A stretch of DNA of 32,000 nucleotides from Planctopirus limnophila DSM 3776 (GTDB taxonomy: Bacteria > Planctomycetota > Planctomycetia > Planctomycetales > Planctomycetaceae): assembly GCF_000092105.1 (NCBI RefSeq), contig NC_014148.1:3720001-3752000 (forward strand), written 5' to 3'. The position numbers and the translations under genes are program-made. Position 1 is the first letter of the stretch. Every line of letters begins with the position of its first letter. The notes beneath the pieces were generated by a model. The model saw nothing but the letters and a program-made list of their open reading frames with translations, was not told where the DNA came from and did no database searches. This document shows, one piece after another, positions 26,451 to 32,000 of this stretch.

Positions 26451-27272
26451 CTATTTGCGATTCTTATCCTTGCGATCCTGGGCCACTTTTTGAGCGAGTT
26501 GCTTCTCTGCACGGTCCACACTGGCTTGAGCCTGGGCCACATCCCGCGATGCCTTGCTCACCGCCTGTTCTGCAACATCTTCAGCTTTGCGGCTCGCTGC
26601 AAACTTCTGCTCGGCCGCTTTGAGCTGGTTGTCCCGCTCGATGATTCGATCCAGCTTCTGATTGGCCGATTGCACCTGCTGCTCCTGCAAAGCGACCTTC
26701 CGAGACAGTTCTTTCGCTCGTGGATCGGCTTCAATAGCAGTCGCTTCGAGCTGTCGAAACTGTGCCTGGTACTCAGCGATCTGCTTCGCTGCTCCCTTTC
26801 GCTCATCCAAAGTCGTCGCTCGGGAAAGTTTTTCCTCGGCCTGCTTCAGCCCGGCACTCAAGCCCGTTTCTCGCTGACGAATCGCCTGCACGATCGGCCC
26901 GAGGACTCGATCTCTCTCAATCGTCAGCTGCTTCAGATTTTGCCGGGCAGCCTGTAGACCGGTCTCCTGTTCATACTTCTCTTCCATCTGCTCACGAAGT
27001 TTTTGGAGCGCGCTGGCCGCCTGCTTCCGTTCCTGCTCGGCCTTTTGAAAATCAGCCCTGGCAGCCCGCAACTGCTTCTCTTCGTCTTTCAAGCGGTCTT
27101 TGGCTTTATCGAGATCCTGCCGGGCTTCTTTCACCGCCTCGTTTTCGCGTTTCTCATCGCGAGAGTTGGCGCGACTTTTCTGGTCGGCACAGGCCACGGT
27201 TGTCTGAGTACAAACGCACAACATCGAAAGTACACACAGCCAGACACCAAGTGAAAGTTGTTTGTTTGACAT
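26451..27272 (-). CDS. Secreted (possibly lipoprotein) coiled-coil protein
   Basis: The ATG at 27272 gives the signal peptide MSNKQLSLGVWLCVLSMLCVCTQTTVAC. The remaining ~240 aa are K/E/Q/A/R-rich with a heptad character (DLDKAKDRLKDEEKQLRAARADFQKAEQERKQAASALQKLREQMEE...). Confidence 0.7.
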   Translation of the reverse strand: MSNKQLSLGVWLCVLSMLCVCTQTTVACADQKSRANSRDEKRENEAVKEARQDLDKAKDRLKDEEKQLRAARADFQKAEQERKQAASALQKLREQMEEKYEQETGLQAARQNLKQLTIERDRVLGPIVQAIRQRETGLSAGLKQAEEKLSRATTLDERKGAAKQIAEYQAQFRQLEATAIEADPRAKELSRKVALQEQQVQSANQKLDRIIERDNQLKAAEQKFAASRKAEDVAEQAVSKASRDVAQAQASVDRAEKQLAQKVAQDRKDKNRK

Positions 27273-27681
27273 AACGATCTGCCATCTGAAGGTGAACATC
27301 ATGCGTTCTGATTGCCCGACGCCCTCTAGACTAAAACTCCAGCCAGTCGAACGCGAGAGCGCAATTCATCAACTGGAATCAGGCATCCCCTCTGCCGAGA
27401 GCAGCTTCTCAGGACAATTGCAGGACTCTCGTACGATGTGGATTTGCGAAGGCGTCCGAAAACTGAGCTAGGCCCGTTCAGCAGTTTTCGCTAGTTTTTG
27501 CAGCGCGTGTGCTGGAACAGTGGCGTTTTCTGCCGCCCGTGGGCAGAAATCATCGCTGAAACTCCCACAAAATTGACGGACAGAAGGCTCGCTGGACAGT
27601 TTCAGGCATCGGATCGATGGCCCGATCCAGCAGAGAAAAGGCAGATTTTCTAGCGATTGCTTCCTGAAAGGATTCCGAAGC

Positions 27682-29361
27682 ATGGGTAACTTCAACCGGA
27701 ATGACTCTTATTCAGACAAACCCGCAGTACGAACTTCGTACTTTGGAAAAACTGTGACTGCCGGAAAGAGATGGCTCTTCGCGGCAGCCGTCATGAGCAC
27801 AGGTCTCGTGGCCGAAATGGGCGAAGCACTGGCCCAGGCCCGCACCATTCCCGCTTCGATCAGTCGTGAAGAGCGCGATCGATTAATGAATGATCTCAGT
27901 GCTCCCATGATGGAGTTTGATCAGTACAACAACTCTCGTTTGCGGCCACCCGCCAACAGTGATCTCTCGAATCCCACCACTGAACTCGAAAGGGTGCGGC
28001 CACTCGTTCGCGATGCCCAGGATGAACTTTCGGATCTGATTCTTGATCTGGGTGACGAATCAGCCCGCCGACCCGCTTTGCGATCCCTGCTCGTCGATGC
28101 CATGAATTTGCAGGCCCGGCTGACATCCATCGTGCAGCAGGCCCAGCGCACCAACGATCACCGCTATCTCACCGAAGATTTTCGTGAACTCGATGCACAG
28201 TGGCGAGAACTCTCCTATCGGATGAGCCTGGCGACCGATCTGAGCAAACGCACCCAGCAACGCGCTGCTAATCTCGATGGGATTGCCCAGTCGATTGGGA
28301 AAGTGCTGCTGATCCAGCCGCAGGTCAATTCCCGGGCTCTGATGGAGAAATTCATCCAGATGAGCACCGACATGCGAAACCTCACTGACGATGTCGCCTA
28401 TGAAGTCAGTGACCGCCGTATTCGTGATGAACTCACGTTTGCTCTCAATCGGGTCAATCAGCAGATTCGCACGATGTCGCTGGCCGTACAGGACCAGGCA
28501 GACCGTAACATTGTGGTCGATCAGTACAAGCGTTTTCAGGAACTCTGGTATCCGGAAGCCGCCAAGCTGCAGGCCTATACCGGTTCTGCCATGGATCGCG
28601 ATCTGCGTCGCATCGCCCAGACCGACAGCGAAATCCGCCAGTTGCTGATGATGCCCCAGCAACTCGATAAGCAGCAGCTGGTCTATCTCACCAATTCGCT
28701 CAAGAAAGATATCGATGAGTTCTTCCAGCGCACGCCACTGCTGCTGCTGGTGCATTTGCCCAAGTCGAACACTGTTCTCGCCACGGCTGATGAGTTTTAC
28801 GGCGTCTGCGAATACTTTGTCGATATTGTGAACCGCTCGAACACCGCGAGTATGACCGATGTCGTCGAAGCCTTCCGCTACATCGAAGCCGCTGAGCGTA
28901 ACTTTGCTGCCACGTTCCGCCCTATCCAGAGCGAATCGGCCCAGTCGATTCTCCGCAAGATCGAGCAGACGATTGGCACCCTTCGCTCAACTCTCATGGT
29001 TCAGCGTGATGATCTGAGCCGGCAGGCCGCCATTGATCTCGCTGCTGAGATTGATGGACTCACTTACAACCTGCAGCTCGTCAGCCAAAGGTGGCTTCAG
29101 GCAGAACGCCCTGTGTATGCCGCTGAAGCTCAGCGGGAAATCGCTGCGTTTTCCGAGCGAGCCATGCGTCTGCATGATAGTCTGGTGCGGGGATCAACTG
29201 CCGCACAGGCTCGCCAGCAGACCGAACAACTCTATGAGAGCTGGAGAAGAGTTTACAGCTATCTGGTGCAGTGCCGCACAGAAGACCGCACACAACTTGG
29301 TCGCCTGGCTTCCCGCACCACACCAGCCCTGGTCGAACTTCGAACCATGCTTTCTCAGTAA
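27682..29361 (+). CDS. Hypothetical all-helical protein with an N-terminal hydrophobic segment and four ~115-aa internal repeats
   Basis: 559-aa ORF with AAAGGA upstream of the ATG. The N-terminal segment is KRWLFAAAVMSTGLVAEMGEALAQA. Recurring motif pairs are listed in the findings. A terminator follows. Confidence 0.75.
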   Translation: MGNFNRNDSYSDKPAVRTSYFGKTVTAGKRWLFAAAVMSTGLVAEMGEALAQARTIPASISREERDRLMNDLSAPMMEFDQYNNSRLRPPANSDLSNPTTELERVRPLVRDAQDELSDLILDLGDESARRPALRSLLVDAMNLQARLTSIVQQAQRTNDHRYLTEDFRELDAQWRELSYRMSLATDLSKRTQQRAANLDGIAQSIGKVLLIQPQVNSRALMEKFIQMSTDMRNLTDDVAYEVSDRRIRDELTFALNRVNQQIRTMSLAVQDQADRNIVVDQYKRFQELWYPEAAKLQAYTGSAMDRDLRRIAQTDSEIRQLLMMPQQLDKQQLVYLTNSLKKDIDEFFQRTPLLLLVHLPKSNTVLATADEFYGVCEYFVDIVNRSNTASMTDVVEAFRYIEAAERNFAATFRPIQSESAQSILRKIEQTIGTLRSTLMVQRDDLSRQAAIDLAAEIDGLTYNLQLVSQRWLQAERPVYAAEAQREIAAFSERAMRLHDSLVRGSTAAQARQQTEQLYESWRRVYSYLVQCRTEDRTQLGRLASRTTPALVELRTMLSQ

Positions 29362-29444
29362 TTCAGCGACCGATTCCGCCCCGCTCTGAGTAAGTCCTGA
29401 ACCTTCAAAGCAGTGCAGATTCAGTAACATAACAACAATACAAA

Positions 29445-29476
29445 CCTCCGGTCTGACTTCAGGCCGGGGGTTTGTC
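29445..29476 (+). terminator. Rho-independent terminator of the 559-aa gene
   Basis: CCTCCGGTCTGA-ct-TCAGGCCGGGGG: about a 12-bp stem with two G-U pairs and a very small loop. TTTGTC follows. Confidence 0.65.
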
Positions 29477-29763
29477 AATTATGGAGTCATGCCATTCAGG
29501 TCTTGATTGAGGATCGATAAAAAGTGTTCTTATGAACACATTCTTCAACAATCGTTTGCAGCTTTTGCCGATTGAACATGCAAACTTCGCCATACCAAAA
29601 AGTCGTCGCATTCCCGAAACTCGATCCCGCCGATACAATCTTCAGTGACGGTATTTTCCGTTCCGGGGTGGGTAGACCTGATTCAAGAGAACCTTGCTCC
29701 TGATCTCTGTGTCCGCCAGTCACCTCGAGCTTTTCATAACTGTATCATCAGGCCCAGTTTGCC

Positions 29764-30999
29764 ATGCGTAACGAATCCGAAGTTCCACTGTCTGACTCCG
29801 CTTTCTCGATCCCCGTGGCTGATCGTTTGAAGCGTCTGCCGCCCTATCTCTTCGGGAAGATCAACAAGCTCAAGTATCAGAAGCGGCAGGCAGGGATCGA
29901 TGTCATCGATCTGGGCATGGGAAATCCCACCGATCCGCCCGACCCGCTCATTACCGATAAGATGAAGGAGTCGCTCGCCGATCCCCGCAATCACCGGTAC
30001 TCGGTCGCCAACGGCATCGGGAACCTCCGCAAAGAAGTCGCCGCCCGTTACCACCGCATCTACGGTGCCCGACTCAACCCGGACGACGAAGTCATTGCCT
30101 GCCTGGGTTCAAAGGAAGGCTTCAGCCACATGTGCCTCGCACTCATGGGGCCCGGCGATACGGCTATCGTCCCCGCACCAACCTTTCCCATCCATGCTTA
30201 TTCGGTGATGCTCGCCGGCGGCAACGTTATCCAGCTCGATGTCCGCGAGCCGCACAAGTTCCTCGAAAACGTCGCCTACACCTGCGAACACCTCTTCCCG
30301 AAGCCGAAGCTGGTCATCGTCAACTTCCCGCACAATCCTTCGGGCACCTGCATCGAGCAGAGCTTCTTTGATGAACTGGTCGCGCTCGCCAAGAAGTACA
30401 AGTTCCTCGTCATCAGCGATTTCGCATACGCCGACATCTGCTACGACGGCTACAAGGCCCCCAGCTTCCTCTCGACACCTGGCGCGATCGACGTAGGTGT
30501 CGAACTGACGACCATGTCCAAGGGCTTCAGCATGGCGGGCTGGCGCATCGGTTTCTGCTGTGGCAACCGTGAAATGGTTCGCGCTCTCGCCACGATCAAG
30601 GGCTATTACGACTACGGCATCTTCCAGTCGATCCAGATCGCGGCCATCGTCGCCATGCGTCACTGTGAATCGGCGGTGGAAAGCATTGCCAAAGAATACG
30701 AGCACCGCCGCGATGCCCTTGTCGACGGCCTGACTCGCCTCGGCTGGGAAATCGAACGACCGAAAGCCGGCATGTTTGTCTGGGCCAAGATCCCCGAGCC
30801 ATGGGCCCAGATGGGTTCCATCGACTTCTCGATGAAGCTGCTGGATGAAGCCGGCGTCGCCGTCTCCCCGGGCCGCGGCTTCGGCGAAGAAGGCGAAGGC
30901 TATCTGCGTCTGGCCCTCGTCGAGAACTCCCAGCGCCTAAGGCAAGCCGTCCGCGCCATCGGCAAATGCCTCAAACCCGAAACCGCCGCCACGGTGTAA
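29764..30999 (+). CDS. PLP-dependent class I aminotransferase, AlaC/YfdZ-like (alanine/aspartate transaminase family)
   Basis: [71 protein letters not shown] and the PLP-Lys motif [14 protein letters not shown]. By eye this is close to E. coli AlaC. Confidence 0.92.
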   Translation: MRNESEVPLSDSAFSIPVADRLKRLPPYLFGKINKLKYQKRQAGIDVIDLGMGNPTDPPDPLITDKMKESLADPRNHRYSVANGIGNLRKEVAARYHRIYGARLNPDDEVIACLGSKEGFSHMCLALMGPGDTAIVPAPTFPIHAYSVMLAGGNVIQLDVREPHKFLENVAYTCEHLFPKPKLVIVNFPHNPSGTCIEQSFFDELVALAKKYKFLVISDFAYADICYDGYKAPSFLSTPGAIDVGVELTTMSKGFSMAGWRIGFCCGNREMVRALATIKGYYDYGIFQSIQIAAIVAMRHCESAVESIAKEYEHRRDALVDGLTRLGWEIERPKAGMFVWAKIPEPWAQMGSIDFSMKLLDEAGVAVSPGRGFGEEGEGYLRLALVENSQRLRQAVRAIGKCLKPETAATV

Positions 31000-31051
31000 C
31001 ACGCTTTCGATGAAAAGTAGCACTCTGTGTGCCATGCTTGCAGCTCTGAGC
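30954..31051 (+). repeat. Direct repeat copy 1 (last 46 nt of the aminotransferase CDS plus 52 nt downstream, including the REP)
   Basis: 96/98 identical to 31903..32000, at an offset of 949 bp. Confidence 0.9.
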
Positions 31052-31065
31052 AAGCATGTTTTCGC
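31019..31065 (-). repeat. REP-like element, family A (inverted orientation)
   Basis: The reverse complement GCGAAAACATGCTTGCTCAGAGCTGCAAGCATGGCACACAGAGTGCT matches 9681..9727 at 45/47. Confidence 0.8.
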
Positions 31066-31133
31066 AAGCTCTCAATGAGCTGTTATTCGTTGGAAAGCGT
31101 ATGAGGTTTGATTTGGCGAAGTCGATCAATCGA

Positions 31134-31167
31134 AGCCCGGTTTCCAGTTAGGAGACTGGGCTTTTTC
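31134..31167 (+). terminator. Candidate intrinsic terminator downstream of the aminotransferase gene
   Basis: 7-bp stem AGCCCGG/CTGGGCT with one G-U pair and a 15-nt loop, followed by TTTT. Confidence 0.6.
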
Positions 31168-31296
31168 GTAGTGATTTGGCTTACGGTATCGGCGCGGTTC
31201 CCCTCGTTAGAATGTGCAAGGAGCTATTGTAAGATGGAATGTCTCGGCACGTCTTTGTGTCGCGCCAGTTGCCGCTCTTAAAAGGGAAACCTTCTC

Positions 31297-31872
31297 ATGA
31301 AAGCACCCTATCTGCTTGCCATTGGCCTGTTGGTTTTCAGTGGCTCGTTGCTGGCTCAAAACGAGTCTGTTGAAACACCCATCACTTTGGAAGAACTTCA
31401 TCGACGCAACGTAATGGGCAGGTTGGGATTGCCGTTAGGGACTGTGGCCACCATTGATGCCGTGATAACTTCAGGGAATGAAACGCGGGCGAAGGCTTAT
31501 CAGGGCCTCTACCTTCTTACTGTCACGCATGTGAATGGCCAGCCTTTGGAGAAGCCGCCGCTCATGAGGTTTGTGGTCGACAGTTTGTCCTCCACCGTGA
31601 ACCTCCCCCACGACAAGCCGCCGTTACTTTTTGGGGCCAATCAGGACGGGGAAAATCCAGCCGCCAATCGGAAAGAGATCGAAAAGGAATATGTGGGGAA
31701 GACACACCGCTTGGTGGTTTACGAAGAGGGTGGCTACGCAGGGATCCCGGACAATCTTCCCAAGGGTGTCCCCCTCGCGGGCGCTGCCGGTTTCGGATTT
31801 CGCTTCTCGACATCTCTGACGGTTCTCGCTGAATCGGCTACAGACATTCAAAATCACGTCAAGAAAAGATGA
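31297..31872 (+). CDS. Hypothetical secreted protein
   Basis: 191-aa ORF. The signal peptide is MKAPYLLAIGLLVFSGSLLAQ. AGGGA lies upstream. I recognise no family. Confidence 0.65.
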   Translation: MKAPYLLAIGLLVFSGSLLAQNESVETPITLEELHRRNVMGRLGLPLGTVATIDAVITSGNETRAKAYQGLYLLTVTHVNGQPLEKPPLMRFVVDSLSSTVNLPHDKPPLLFGANQDGENPAANRKEIEKEYVGKTHRLVVYEEGGYAGIPDNLPKGVPLAGAAGFGFRFSTSLTVLAESATDIQNHVKKR

Positions 31873-31902
31873 TTTAGCTTAGACTCGCATGTCTCAAAGA
31901 AT

Positions 31903-31948
31903 CGCCATCGGCAAATGCCTCAAACCCGAAACCGCCGCGACGGTGTAA
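31903..31948 (+). pseudogene. Orphan 3'-terminal fragment (last 14 codons + stop) of the aminotransferase gene
   Basis: It encodes ...[14 protein letters not shown] as at 30954..30999. The single difference is synonymous (GCC to GCG). There is no aminotransferase body upstream. Confidence 0.55.
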
Positions 31949-32000
31949 CACGCTTTCGATGAAAAGTAGCACTCTGTGTGCCATGCTTGCAGCTCTGGGC
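31903..32000 (+). repeat. Direct repeat copy 2 (truncated by the window end)
   Basis: Identical to 30954..31051 except for 2 mismatches (31939 and 31998). It includes a fourth family-A REP copy starting at 31968. Confidence 0.9.

Noticed and set aside
28060-28755. 231-aa minus-strand ORF inside the 559-aa gene, and likewise 30109..30705 inside the aminotransferase gene
   Set aside because: Both are shadow ORFs opposite better-supported genes, with no start context or motif.

Overview
This window looks like a chromosomal segment from a planctomycete. The signs are a DUF1559 'H-X9-DG' prepilin-like protein, a DUF1080 lipoprotein, a giant Zn-ribbon/HEAT/beta-propeller protein, long S/T/P/A-rich linkers and REP-like palindromes. 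GC is in the low to mid 50s % by eye. I can support 20 protein-coding genes. (1) A DUF1080 exported protein. (2-4) A minus-strand cheX - cheY - HDOD/GGDEF diguanylate cyclase operon. (5) A NarL/FixJ-type response regulator. (6-7) rplM-rpsI. (8) mgtE. (9) A TPR lipoprotein with a Cys-containing YHS-like tail. (10) A SAM-dependent methyltransferase. (11) A YihX-like HAD phosphatase. (12) A family-3 acyltransferase. (13) An AcrB-type RND pump with no adaptor or outer-membrane partner. (14) A 1181-aa Zn-ribbon/HEAT/TM/beta-propeller protein. (15) A DUF1559 pseudopilin-like protein. (16-18) Three uncharacterised envelope-type proteins: a low-GC small membrane protein, a secreted coiled coil and a 559-aa four-repeat helical protein. 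(19) An AlaC-like class I aminotransferase. (20) A small secreted hypothetical protein. I found no rRNA, tRNA, CRISPR array, transposase or integrase. None of the findings amounts to a clear new multi-gene system. Six structures are not explained by the gene calls. First, a phased 6 x 21-bp repeat array is seeded by a REP palindrome and fused to the stop codon of the cyclase gene. Second, the cyclase has a four-fold MshEN/T2SSE_N-like C-terminal tail. Third, a 1.4-kb gene-free stretch after mgtE is packed with two REP families, short tandem repeats and a G/T-rich tract. Fourth, six ATGCACC motifs cluster in a MITE-like inverted repeat that overlaps a stop codon. Fifth, a small membrane gene is compositionally foreign (about 37% GC). 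Sixth, a 98-bp near-perfect direct duplication of the aminotransferase 3' end plus its REP brackets the last ORF. All family assignments rest on motif recognition by eye. No database search was run.
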